Shown: positions 1-8,571 of the stretch, one piece after another
How positions within the stretch are numbered: the first letter of the stretch is position 1
How the letters are laid out: each line of letters starts with the position of its first letter
Assembly (NCBI GenBank): GCA_019352195.1
Contig: JACAFG010000006.1
Location: 1-51,222, forward strand
Length of the DNA: 51,222 bases
Origin: Candidatus Saccharimonadota bacterium
GTDB lineage: Bacteria > Patescibacteriota > Saccharimonadia > UBA4664
Direction: 5' to 3'
Notes under the pieces: model-generated
The model's database searches: none
The model's input: only the letters and a program-made list of their open reading frames with translations
What the model was told of the DNA's origin: nothing
Program-made: the position numbers and the translations under genes

Positions 1-378
1 AGCATCACCGAACTCGATGTTGACGCCTGAGGCACAGCCGGAGGCGGCGAACGAGAACGTGACGGTGGTGTGGAAAGCGGCAACCTTGATGTCGGAAGCT
101 TTGCAGGCGGCCGGTGCGGGCTTGGCGGGGGCGCTGACCGGAGCACTCTTGGCGGGTGCACTGGCCTGCGAAGAACCGCTACCGACGAATGCTGTCACGA
201 TGGTCAGCAGGAACACCGCAACGGCTGCCAGGATGGCGACCACGCGGCTGCGACCCCTGATCGGGGAGGCCGGCCCGTGGTGGCTGCGAGCTTTGCGGAG
301 GCGTCGGCGGGAACGTGGGGCGTGATTCCCCGCCGGGTCGTTTTCGACCGCGCCGGGGAAGACTTCGTCTTCGGACAT
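1..378 (-). CDS. hypothetical membrane-anchored protein, N-terminal part only (runs off window edge)
   Basis: Absent from the ORF track because there is no stop in the window. The reverse complement reads ATG (376-378) MSEDEVFPGAVENDPAG...RSRVVAILAAVAVFLLTIVTAFVG (one TM helix), then an Ala/Pro-rich linker. An AAGGGG SD-like motif lies 5 nt upstream. The segment is G+C-rich. Plus-strand ORFs 17..325 and 70..486 overlap it and look like GC-driven artefacts. Confidence 0.45.
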   Translation of the reverse strand, partial: MSEDEVFPGAVENDPAGNHAPRSRRRLRKARSHHGPASPIRGRSRVVAILAAVAVFLLTIVTAFVGSGSSQASAPAKSAPVSAPAKPAPAACKASDIKVAAFHTTVTFSFAASGCASGVNIEFGDA

Positions 379-581
379 GTGTACCCCTTTCGGGTACTAG
401 GAGGGATTCCGGGTGGTCCCGGGATGGATAAATCTTACCCTGAATTTCAAGGGCACGAACCCGGGACTTCCAGATCGATATGGTAATCGAGTCTGAAGCT
501 GGTGTTCCGGCGTACTATAATGCAATTTTGCGTAAAAGTAAAGCGTTTTCAGATAGAAAGTTCAGAAACAGGGCTTTTTGG

Positions 582-1163
582 CTAGTTTTCCATAATGTCC
601 TCGGGAATTTTGCGGGCTTTGACTTTGATCATATCAATGAGCTGGTCGACGAGATCGGCCGGGTCGTGACTAAAAATGATGCCGGTGCGAGCACGTTTGG
701 CGGCTTTTAGAACGTGCTCGACTTCTTCGGTCATGCCACCTGAACCTAGCAGCACCCCGATAGGCTTACGTTCTTCGATGGCAATCGTCAGTTCGTTTAA
801 CGTGCCAATTCGGCCGCCCACCATAACGACGGCGTCACTGGAGCGGATCAGCAGCAAGTTGCGGCCGGTGTATTCAAAGCCGGTAAAGAGCACCGCATCA
901 AAGGCGTCGAGCGGCAGACGATACTTCTTGATGTGTGCCAGACGCGAGGCAGCCGGCGAAAAGCCCATTGAGATACCACCCATGGTCTGCGCGGCTTTAG
1001 CTGCTTCGTAGGGCAGTCCTTTGGTGGCCCCGGTAAGGGTAATATGACCGCGGCGCGCGATTTCGCGACCGGCCGCGGCCGCTAGTTTGGCCCCGGTGAT
1101 AGCGGACTCACCGCGGGCCGCCCCTGAGACGCAAATTTGATACTGGAGCTTCTTGCGGGCCAT
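582..1163 (-). CDS. TIGR00725 / LOG-like (SLOG superfamily) Rossmann-fold protein
   Basis: 193-aa ORF. Carries a GGRIGTLNE motif (compare LOG PGGxGTxxE) and an N-terminal Gly-rich SGAARG. Its ATG directly abuts the TAG stop of the upstream ORF (TAGATG at 1161-1166). Confidence 0.8.
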   Translation of the reverse strand: MARKKLQYQICVSGAARGESAITGAKLAAAAGREIARRGHITLTGATKGLPYEAAKAAQTMGGISMGFSPAASRLAHIKKYRLPLDAFDAVLFTGFEYTGRNLLLIRSSDAVVMVGGRIGTLNELTIAIEERKPIGVLLGSGGMTEEVEHVLKAAKRARTGIIFSHDPADLVDQLIDMIKVKARKIPEDIMEN

Positions 1164-2411
1164 CTACTTTTTCCCCGCCTTCATATCGAGCTTTTCTGGC
1201 TTAATAACAGCATTATCGAGCTTATGCAGCAATTGCTCTTCGAGCACTTTCTCACCCAAATAGCGGGCGAAGACTTCGTTCCACAATGACTCGCGGAAGT
1301 GGTACAGGTAGCGATCGGCGTAGGTAACGGCGTTGGAGTAACCGAGGCTGAGATCCATCAGGTTAAAGGTAATGGTGTCTTGGTCCTTAAGCACCGCCAC
1401 AAAATCGAGTCCACGCCAAAAGTCCAGTTCAGGGTCGATTTCATAAAGTACTTCTTCGGCGCGGCGCCAATGCAGATCTTCGGGTTGAACGTGGGGCTCA
1501 AACTCTTCGGGGTGGACTTCACCGGTCAGTTTGCCGAAGTAGCGCTGAATCACGCGCCAGTGAATATGACTGTGCTCCGTCAAACGAATATGCGCCGGGT
1601 CGGCGATAAGGGTTTCCGCGACAATCTCACCAAAATTCTTTTTGGTCTGCATCAGCTTAAAAAAGGTGCTGTAGAGACGGATTTCGTTGAAGTAATGAAA
1701 CAACAGCGGCATCACTTTGAGGGTTACGCCGGTCATGCGGTCTTCGGTCATGGGCATGACCGCGATAGCGCCCATTTCTTTGCTGTGGGTAATATTGTGA
1801 CGTTTCTTGGCGATAAAATGCTCGGCAATATCGCCCCACTTGCCGCGGTCAAAGGGCACGACTTTGATGCGGCGTGGCTCAAAATCGGTGGCCTGCAAGC
1901 TGACGTAGAGAGCGTCAAAGTCGTTGAGCCAGGCGGCGTCTTCGGCAAAACGTAAACTCAAGAATAGCTCGTAAATATCTTCGTGCTCGAGCATCTGACT
2001 TACCAAATGATAGCCAAGGCGTTCCATAACGGCGACGGGTGGGTGGGCGCGCAGCATATCTTTGGCCTTATCGACTTTTAGAAACCAGCCGTCCTTGGGC
2101 AGCGGCGCGGCTTCAGCAGCTTTCACAATGAGGGGGATCATTTCGGCGAGGTCGCTGGGATCGGTCCCGCCAATTTTGTGTGCCAGATGAGCATCGTGAA
2201 TGGCAACCTGTTTGATAAGCGCGTCATAGATTTGGGGACCAGTGGCATAGTGAGCGAGTCCCAATACTTTGAGCTTAGCGGCGGCAGTTTCGGCAATTTC
2301 GGCGGCTAGTTTGACGTCGACGCTTTTCTGACCACTTTGCAGCTCCAGCTGATGTAAGGCGTGGTCAAATAATGGTTCTTTAGCCTGCAGAAAACGTCCA
2401 ATTGTTGACAT
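1164..2411 (-). CDS. conserved-looking hypothetical protein, 415 aa, His-rich motifs, family not recognised
   Basis: Long uninterrupted ORF with balanced composition and no TM segments. Motifs: HNITHSKEMG, HSHIHWRVIQRYFGK, HPEEFEPHVQPEDLHW. Translationally coupled to the LOG-like gene. TGtTATAAT-type extended -10 upstream near 2455. Confidence 0.75.
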   Translation of the reverse strand: MSTIGRFLQAKEPLFDHALHQLELQSGQKSVDVKLAAEIAETAAAKLKVLGLAHYATGPQIYDALIKQVAIHDAHLAHKIGGTDPSDLAEMIPLIVKAAEAAPLPKDGWFLKVDKAKDMLRAHPPVAVMERLGYHLVSQMLEHEDIYELFLSLRFAEDAAWLNDFDALYVSLQATDFEPRRIKVVPFDRGKWGDIAEHFIAKKRHNITHSKEMGAIAVMPMTEDRMTGVTLKVMPLLFHYFNEIRLYSTFFKLMQTKKNFGEIVAETLIADPAHIRLTEHSHIHWRVIQRYFGKLTGEVHPEEFEPHVQPEDLHWRRAEEVLYEIDPELDFWRGLDFVAVLKDQDTITFNLMDLSLGYSNAVTYADRYLYHFRESLWNEVFARYLGEKVLEEQLLHKLDNAVIKPEKLDMKAGKK

Positions 2412-2533
2412 ATCTCACTCTCATTTCCTGGTTATTGCAAACGACCCCAGGGGCCACGCTTTCCATAATTATAACAGTTACGCTTACTCAATCGATAGGA
2501 CTTTTTGCTATTTCTACCACGCGGCCGAACGTT

Positions 2534-3505
2534 TTAGAGCTCCGTAACCTTAATCTTCATGCGCTTGATGCGGCTTGAACGCAAAATGCCGGTTTTGGCA
2601 CCAATTTGGGCGACCACGCCGGTAGCATTGGCGCTGCCAAAGCTGAGCGCGTCAGCCATCGTACCGCCCCGAGCGAGCGAAGCGATAAAGCCCGAGCCAA
2701 AGGCGTCACCTGCTCCCGTGCGATCGATAGCGCGGACTTTTTGATAGGCCCCAGCCTCGTACAAATGGCCGTCAAAGGCAGCGTAGGAGCCAGCTGGACC
2801 GTTGGTACCGACGATGTATTCGCAGGTCCCGGCGGCATGGCTAACCGTTTCGCGCAACGTTTGACCGCCAAAAATAACAGCGAGCTCTTCGGCATTGGCC
2901 TTTAGCACCGTGACGAGCGGCAGTAAGCCTCGGAGTTTTTTGAGCTGAGCGAGTTCGGCTGCTCCCGGGTCGAGCGCCACGCGGATGCCGTGTTGATTGG
3001 CATGCTTGAGCAATTTTGACAACAAATCTAGGTTGCCGGCGAGCGAACTGATATAAAACCAGTCAGCCTCGAGGGTACGAATGGCCACGTCACCGGCTTT
3101 TAGCTCATGCGCCGCCCCACGGTAATTGAGGATGGTGCGCTCACCATTGTCGGCCACCATCAGGACCGAGTAGCTCGTACCCAGTTTGGTATGGTGGACC
3201 GCCCGCTCGGTACCCACGTTTTCGCGGCCCAAAACGCGCAAGATTTCAGCGCCGGCTGGGTCGCGGCCGATCATGCCCACATACTGGACGCCGAAGCCCT
3301 GACGGGCAAACGTCACCGCCGCATTCGTGGCGCCGCCGCCGGTATCAAACACGACGTTATCGAGTTCGAGTTTAGCTCCCAGCGGAAACTGTTCGACAAA
3401 GTCACGGCTGCGCACGTCGCGACGGGCGTGTAAGGCTTTGCCAAATACAAACACGTCTTGGGAAGCACTGCCGAAGGTGATAATGGTAGCGGATGGTCGT
3501 TCCAT
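2534..3505 (-). CDS. PfkB-family carbohydrate/nucleoside kinase (ribokinase-like)
   Basis: 323 aa. PfkB signature 2 DRTGAGDAFGSGF near the C-terminus; GGGATNAA N-terminal Gly-rich motif. Confidence 0.9.
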   Translation of the reverse strand: MERPSATIITFGSASQDVFVFGKALHARRDVRSRDFVEQFPLGAKLELDNVVFDTGGGATNAAVTFARQGFGVQYVGMIGRDPAGAEILRVLGRENVGTERAVHHTKLGTSYSVLMVADNGERTILNYRGAAHELKAGDVAIRTLEADWFYISSLAGNLDLLSKLLKHANQHGIRVALDPGAAELAQLKKLRGLLPLVTVLKANAEELAVIFGGQTLRETVSHAAGTCEYIVGTNGPAGSYAAFDGHLYEAGAYQKVRAIDRTGAGDAFGSGFIASLARGGTMADALSFGSANATGVVAQIGAKTGILRSSRIKRMKIKVTEL

Positions 3506-3623
3506 AATGGCTCAATCATACCAGTTATGGTTTGTCGTTGCGAGTCTCAGGTGTTGATTAAATTGTAAATAGATGTTATTAAATAGACTAAGCTTCTCTC
3601 CTACTACTAAGGATGTGAGCAAG

Positions 3624-4250
3624 ATGTCTCGTTCTTTCTTCAAATACCCGGCTGTGGTCATGTTGGCGGTGGCGTTGACGGTTGGCCTGGGGGCTTGCGA
3701 TACGCACTTGCCTCCGACGCCGTCGCCCGTCACCAGCACGTCGCATGTGGCCGACTCCCTCGTGAAGGTGGTGCCCAACACCACCGTCGTCCCGCAAACC
3801 AAGTTGTCGCCCCACACCGGCTACAACGTCAGCGCGCCGAGGGCCCTGGGCGGCACGACGCCGTTCATGCGCAGCCCTACCCCCGATCCGTGCGGGTCGG
3901 CAAAAAATGTGGTCTTGACCTACCTCAAGTTCGAGTGGACGAACCCCGTCAACCCGATCGCCGTCACGGTCACAAGTAGCGGAAGCCTGCGAAGCTACAT
4001 GTTGCGGGGCGCGGGCGGTGTGGTGGTGGAGCACCAAACCCCCACGCAGGTCAACGAAGTGCCGCAGGGCAAGGATGTGGCGTGGTACTACCCGCAGGAC
4101 TCCCATCCCGTTGGGCTGACCATCATCGCCCCCGATGGCACCTCGGCTGGGTACAGCCAATTCCCCGCTGGCCTGAGCTTCTCCAGCTCCGCCCGCCCGT
4201 GGATCGTGAAAATCTGCGCCAGCTTGGGGCTAAAGCGTACCCAAGGCTGA
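3624..4250 (+). CDS. orphan lipoprotein (G+C-rich cassette)
   Basis: Internal ATG of ORF 3573..4250 preceded by AAGGA. MSRSFFKYPAVVMLAVALTVGLGAC gives a signal peptide plus an L-G-A-C lipobox. High third-position G/C in this frame. Followed by hairpin 4272-4305. Confidence 0.65.
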   Translation: MSRSFFKYPAVVMLAVALTVGLGACDTHLPPTPSPVTSTSHVADSLVKVVPNTTVVPQTKLSPHTGYNVSAPRALGGTTPFMRSPTPDPCGSAKNVVLTYLKFEWTNPVNPIAVTVTSSGSLRSYMLRGAGGVVVEHQTPTQVNEVPQGKDVAWYYPQDSHPVGLTIIAPDGTSAGYSQFPAGLSFSSSARPWIVKICASLGLKRTQG

Positions 4251-4271
4251 CATATAGACTCAGGCACCCAA

Positions 4272-4305
4272 GCGGGTGGCTGCTCCCATCGGAGCGGCCA
4301 CCCGC
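4272..4305. terminator. GC-rich hairpin between convergent lipoprotein and fba genes
   Basis: gcgggtggctgctcc-catc-ggagcggccacccgc (15-bp stem with one G.T pair), followed by gctttgcgttt. Confidence 0.7.
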
Positions 4306-4324
4306 GCTTTGCGTTTAACGAACC

Positions 4325-5269
4325 CTAGTTGAAGGCGTCTTCGTCGATTGGCTTAGCTGTTGAAGCTGCCTTGGCACCGGCGGCTTTGCCCGCCGAGCCA
4401 AAACTATCAATTTTTGACTCAACCACGGCTTGAACGGCTTCGATAACACTCGGCATGAGCTTAACGATAGCAAACTCTTTGGGATTATCGGCCAGGACTT
4501 TTTCGAGGGTAGTACGGAAAGCTTTGCGCAAATCGGAGTTGATATTTACTTTACTTATCCCCCGCTCGACAGCCCCGCGGAATTGGTCATCAGGCGTACC
4601 GGAGCCACCGTGGAGGCTAAAATGAGCTTCCGGTGGGCAGGCGGCCACAATTTGGGTTAGCAAATCGAGGTCGAGGATTTTAGGCACCGGATACGTGCCG
4701 TGCAAATTGCCAATCGCGACCGCGTAGGTGTCGATGCCGGTCGCCTCAATGAAGGCTTTGGCTTCGGCCGGAACCGTGAACCATTTTTTGATCTCTTCGT
4801 AGTCGAAGGCTTCAGTGAACACGTTAGAACCGCCGCCAAAATAGTGTGGCTCGCTTTCAACCAGCGCCCCTGTAGTTTTGGCATATTCAACAATTTCTTT
4901 GGTGGCAGCCACAATTTCCTCATCGGAAGCGTCTTTTTTGGCTTGGCTAAAATCGATGTGGATGAATTCAAAACCAGCATCAATGCCAGCCTTGGCAGCT
5001 TCAACGCTCGGCGAGTGGTCGAGGTTGATATACATTTCGAGACCGTATTCGAGACGGTAGTTGTCGACCAGGCAGCGAATATTATGCAGCCCGATGGCGT
5101 CGACTTCCCCTTGAGAGGCCTGCACGAGCACGGGGGCTTGTTTGGCAGCGGCGGCTTTACAGACCGCGATGAGCGTTTCTTGGTTGTCGATATTAAAGGC
5201 GCCGAGCGCAAATTTCTCGGTTCGGGTACGGGCATAGAGCGCGCGAGCGGCCTCGTAGTTGCTTTTCAT
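4325..5269 (-). CDS. fba: class II fructose-1,6-bisphosphate aldolase
   Basis: 314 aa. FNIDNQETL, NLDHS and HGGSGTP motifs typical of class II ketose-bisphosphate aldolases. Confidence 0.9.
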   Translation of the reverse strand: MKSNYEAARALYARTRTEKFALGAFNIDNQETLIAVCKAAAAKQAPVLVQASQGEVDAIGLHNIRCLVDNYRLEYGLEMYINLDHSPSVEAAKAGIDAGFEFIHIDFSQAKKDASDEEIVAATKEIVEYAKTTGALVESEPHYFGGGSNVFTEAFDYEEIKKWFTVPAEAKAFIEATGIDTYAVAIGNLHGTYPVPKILDLDLLTQIVAACPPEAHFSLHGGSGTPDDQFRGAVERGISKVNINSDLRKAFRTTLEKVLADNPKEFAIVKLMPSVIEAVQAVVESKIDSFGSAGKAAGAKAASTAKPIDEDAFN

Positions 5270-5402
5270 GAATTACCCTCGGTTATTGGTTTGTATTGTA
5301 GCTCATTAGCGATGATTATGCCTACGCTTATACTTGACTTTGGATAGAACTTATGTATAATGTGCAGGTTCGAATTGACAATTTGCTACCCTAAGGACGA
5401 CA

Positions 5403-6179
5403 GTGAGCCTTCACCGCAAAGATAGCGGTCGCCAGTACAAGCGCGACTTGCACCTGCGACCCATCCACATCCTGCTGATCTTGGCAGGATCGGTGGTGGT
5501 CGTGTTGTCGGCCGTGGCCATCCGACCCCTCCTGCCAAGCCCTCAGGCTGGCCTGCCTTCACAAATGGCTGCCGCGACCTCGGTCGCGACCAGCACTGAA
5601 GCAGCAACTGCAGGGCAGATCACCGAACCTTCGGTGACCGTCGCGCCGCCAGTGGCGGTGGGACCAAACATCGAGGATTACTCGGTGGCACCATTGGCGC
5701 CCGTGACTTCGGGGTATGCCGTGCCCAACCCACCCACCATCCCGCTGGCTCCTCTGCCGCCGGCCGAGTATTCGGCAGGCAGCACGGTGAGGTTGTTGGG
5801 CGGCGTCGACCAGACTTCGACAGCCGAATATGGCTGTTTGAAGTCGGATACACCCATCGTGGTGAATCCGCGTGACCCCGCGAGCGACCGCCCGCGGCAC
5901 CTACCAAACGCGCCCATGGCGCTGGATTGGTTCGACGTGCAGACCCAGTGGGACGGCACTTCCGCCGCTCGCGCCTGGCTGAGCGCCTGGACTGATCGTC
6001 ACTACACCGTGGTGGCTGCCATCTTGTCGTTCCCCTGGAGCGGCAACGTGGCGATTGGTGTTCCGCTCGACGCCGAAGGGTACAGCCACGTGGGGATCCA
6101 AACCGCGTGGTACACCATGGGCCGGACGCCAGTAGAACTGGATTTCGTGACCTACTGTGTCCGTAAGACCGGATCGTGA
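5403..6179 (+). CDS. orphan type-II membrane-anchored exported protein (G+C-rich cassette)
   Basis: GTG start. N-terminal basic stretch, TM helix IHILLILAGSVVVVLSAVAI, Pro/Ala-rich linker, then a Trp-rich about 120-aa C-terminal domain. Strong G/C at codon position 3 in this frame. Confidence 0.6.
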   Translation: MSLHRKDSGRQYKRDLHLRPIHILLILAGSVVVVLSAVAIRPLLPSPQAGLPSQMAAATSVATSTEAATAGQITEPSVTVAPPVAVGPNIEDYSVAPLAPVTSGYAVPNPPTIPLAPLPPAEYSAGSTVRLLGGVDQTSTAEYGCLKSDTPIVVNPRDPASDRPRHLPNAPMALDWFDVQTQWDGTSAARAWLSAWTDRHYTVVAAILSFPWSGNVAIGVPLDAEGYSHVGIQTAWYTMGRTPVELDFVTYCVRKTGS

Positions 6180-6617
6180 CCGTTGCGGCCCGCCCGACTC
6201 CTCGTTTGAGGAGTTTGGGCTGTCTTTGATAAAACTTAAGGCGCCGTTGTAGCTAGTGGTTGAGAGCCATGACTGAAAGAATTGATTATCTAAAATGATC
6301 CAAATAAGTAGCAAGGCGGCCGCGGTTAGCGCCGACCAGGCCACATTACGCGCTTTACGGTTATGAAGGGCCCACACGATGAGATACGCGCCCAAGAGAT
6401 ATCCGGCGGTAAAAAAGGCGGTCTGGATCAGCGCGTGGTAAAGGGGAAAATCGCGGGTGAGCCAAAAACTGTAATTATCGGCAATATTGCCCGTGTGGGC
6501 CGAAGGGCTCAAACGAACGATGATCACGCTCGCCCACAGTGAGGCGCTGTGGGCCACGCCCAGCCCTAGCACATACAGGGCGATATAACTGGTGTATTCG
6601 TTGAGCTTCGACTTCAT
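5901..6617 (-). CDS. polytopic membrane protein; last 93 codons run into the convergent gene 5403..6179
   Basis: The N-terminal about 140 aa form 4 clear TM helices (YIALYVLGLGVAHSASLWASVIIV...). After about 6230 the sequence becomes Gly/Arg/Pro-rich while crossing hairpin 6196-6215 and the high-GC neighbour. The true C-terminus is uncertain. Confidence 0.55.
   Translation of the reverse strand: MKSKLNEYTSYIALYVLGLGVAHSASLWASVIIVRLSPSAHTGNIADNYSFWLTRDFPLYHALIQTAFFTAGYLLGAYLIVWALHNRKARNVAWSALTAAALLLIWIILDNQFFQSWLSTTSYNGALSFIKDSPNSSNEESGGPQRSRSGLTDTVGHEIQFYWRPAHGVPRGLDPHVAVPFGVERNTNRHVAAPGERQDGSHHGVVTISPGAQPGASGGSAVPLGLHVEPIQRHGRVW
6196..6215. terminator. short hairpin after cassette gene 5403..6179
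   Basis: gactcctc-gttt-gaggagtt. Lies inside the reading frame of minus ORF 5901..6617. Confidence 0.4.
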
Positions 6618-6636
6618 AGGGTTAGTTTAACAAATT

Positions 6637-6663
6637 GCGATCCGCTCTGCGTGAGCGGATCGC
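6637..6663 (-). terminator. hairpin downstream of transketolase C-terminal subunit
   Basis: gcgatccgctc-tgcgt-gagcggatcgc, a perfect 11-bp stem. On the minus strand it is followed by aatttgtt. Confidence 0.6.
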
Positions 6664-6676
6664 CGGTTAGTAAAGC

Positions 6677-7666
6677 CTAACTTTTACGCTTTATGAGTTC
6701 TAACGCCTGTTTGACGAGGTGCGGCGCTGTCAGGCCAAAGGCTTCCAGCAGTTCGCCAGGGGTACCCGACTCGCCGAAGCGGTCTTGCACACCGACGCGT
6801 TGCAGCGGAGTCGGCGCGTGCTCCGCAAGGGCCTCGGCCACCGCGCTCCCCAGTCCCCCCGCAATCTGACCTTCTTCGCACGTCAGTACGGCGCCGGTTT
6901 TTGACGCGCTGGCAAGAATAGTAACGGTGTCGAGGGGCTTAATAACCGCCGCGTTGATAACTTCAACTTCAAGATTGTGCTCGGCGGCTAAGACTTCGGC
7001 GGCCATAAGCGCGTGATACACCAACACGCCGCAGGCCACAATCGTCAGATCAGTGCCGGAACGCAGAATTTGAGCACGACCCAGGTCGAAGGGTGATTTA
7101 TCGGTGGTAATAACGGGTGATTTATCACGCGCCAGGCGTAAGTAGGCCGGTCCGTTTAGAGCAGCGAGAGCGAGCGTGGCTTTTTCGGCTTCAACCGAAT
7201 CGGCTGGCACCACCACCGTCATGTTGGGCAATACCCGCATGAGGGTGATGTCTTCCAGCATTTGATGGGTGGCGCCGTCGGCGCCGGTCATGAGGCCAGC
7301 GTGAGAGCCGACAATCTTCACATTGGTAACATTGAGACAAATGGTAGTGCGAATTTGTTCCCAGTTACGGCCCGGACTAAACGCGGCGTAGCTTGACGTA
7401 AAGGGAATTTTGCCCGTAAGCGCCATACCAGCTGCAACGGTGACAAGGTTTTGCTCGGCAATGCCAACTTCGACGTAGCGCTCGGGATAGCTTCTAGCGA
7501 AGTCGCCGATTTTGGTTGAGTCCGTAAGGTCGGCGCACAAGGCCACGACGTTTTTATCGCGGTGGCCAGCTTCCAGCAAACCGCGGCCAAACCCGGCGCG
7601 AATGGGCTCGAGCTTGGCTTCGGGCGTCAGGACGTCGGGATGCAAGTGTTGTTTAGGCTCAATCAT
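6677..7666 (-). CDS. transketolase, C-terminal (pyrimidine-binding + C-terminal domain) subunit
   Basis: 329 aa. YVEVGIAEQN and GADGATHQ motifs. Overlaps the N-terminal subunit gene by 4 nt (ATGA). Confidence 0.93.
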   Translation of the reverse strand: MIEPKQHLHPDVLTPEAKLEPIRAGFGRGLLEAGHRDKNVVALCADLTDSTKIGDFARSYPERYVEVGIAEQNLVTVAAGMALTGKIPFTSSYAAFSPGRNWEQIRTTICLNVTNVKIVGSHAGLMTGADGATHQMLEDITLMRVLPNMTVVVPADSVEAEKATLALAALNGPAYLRLARDKSPVITTDKSPFDLGRAQILRSGTDLTIVACGVLVYHALMAAEVLAAEHNLEVEVINAAVIKPLDTVTILASASKTGAVLTCEEGQIAGGLGSAVAEALAEHAPTPLQRVGVQDRFGESGTPGELLEAFGLTAPHLVKQALELIKRKS

Positions 7667-8535
7667 TGGTGTTCGCTCCTAATCTGGCCGCCAAGGGTAC
7701 GAAGCTGCGCCAACGCGACTTTCGCCTGCTCGGCTTTGGGCGGTGCCCCGGGCAGATCTTCTTGGCCCGGATAGATCCCGTGCCAGTGATAGTCGTACTC
7801 CATATACTCGACGCCTTTGCCGGGAATCGTGTGAGCAATGATTACCGTGGGCGCTTCTTCGACGGCTTCGGCCAGTCGGCAGGCGTTGATGACGGCCTCA
7901 ATATTATTGCCGTCGATTTCGATAACGTGCCAGCCAAAGGCCGAGAACTTTTTCGCTAAATCGCCCAGCGGCATCACGTCTTCGGTGATGCCATCGATTT
8001 GAATATTATTGCGATCGACAATGACGGTTAAATTGGTGAGGCGCTCCTTGGCCGCAAACATCACGGCTTCCCAGATATTGCCTTCGTCGAGCTCACCGTC
8101 GCCCGTAATGCAGTAGACGCGTTGACGTCCACCGTCCATGCGCAGGGCGATCGCCATACCGGCCGCCTGACTCACGCCAGAACCGAGCGGTCCTGAAGTA
8201 CTTTCCAGGCCAGGTAAGCGTAAGCGTTCCGGATGGCCCTGCAGGCGCGAGCCAAATTTCCGTAGCGTAGCCAGCTCACTGACCGGCAAATAGCCGGCTC
8301 GGGCCATGGTGGCGTAGCGTACCGGCACGCAGTGACCGTTGGACAGGATCAAGCGATCACGATCGAGCCAATCGGGGTCTTTGGGGTTGTGCTTTAAGAT
8401 GTCAAAATAAAGCGCGGTAAAGATGTCGGCCAAACCCAAAGGACCAGCCGAATGCCCGGAGCCGGCGGAAACGAGCATTTTTACGATGTCTTCGCGGATG
8501 GTGTTAGCCATCTCGCTTAGTTCGGTGTGCGTCAT
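7663..8535 (-). CDS. transketolase, N-terminal (TPP-binding) subunit
   Basis: 290 aa. SGHSAGPLG, LSNGH and GDGELDEGNIWEA motifs. Confidence 0.93.
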   Translation of the reverse strand: MTHTELSEMANTIREDIVKMLVSAGSGHSAGPLGLADIFTALYFDILKHNPKDPDWLDRDRLILSNGHCVPVRYATMARAGYLPVSELATLRKFGSRLQGHPERLRLPGLESTSGPLGSGVSQAAGMAIALRMDGGRQRVYCITGDGELDEGNIWEAVMFAAKERLTNLTVIVDRNNIQIDGITEDVMPLGDLAKKFSAFGWHVIEIDGNNIEAVINACRLAEAVEEAPTVIIAHTIPGKGVEYMEYDYHWHGIYPGQEDLPGAPPKAEQAKVALAQLRTLGGQIRSEHQ

Positions 8536-8571
8536 AGCTTAAGCATAACCTTTTAAGGGGCTTTTGGCGAG

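Noticed and set aside
1299-1955. 218-aa plus-strand ORF inside the 415-aa gene
   Set aside because: It is entirely antisense to a longer, better-composed ORF that is translationally coupled to its neighbour. Its composition is Val/Gly/His-rich with no motifs.
3588-4160. 190-aa minus-strand ORF antisense to the lipoprotein gene; similar long antisense ORFs at 5559..5900, 5620..5907, 5678..5959 and 3695..3979
   Set aside because: They are Arg/Gly/His-rich nonsense-like translations typical of off-frame reading in G+C-rich DNA. They lack SD and start context, and the sense frames show the expected position-3 G/C bias and real signal peptides.
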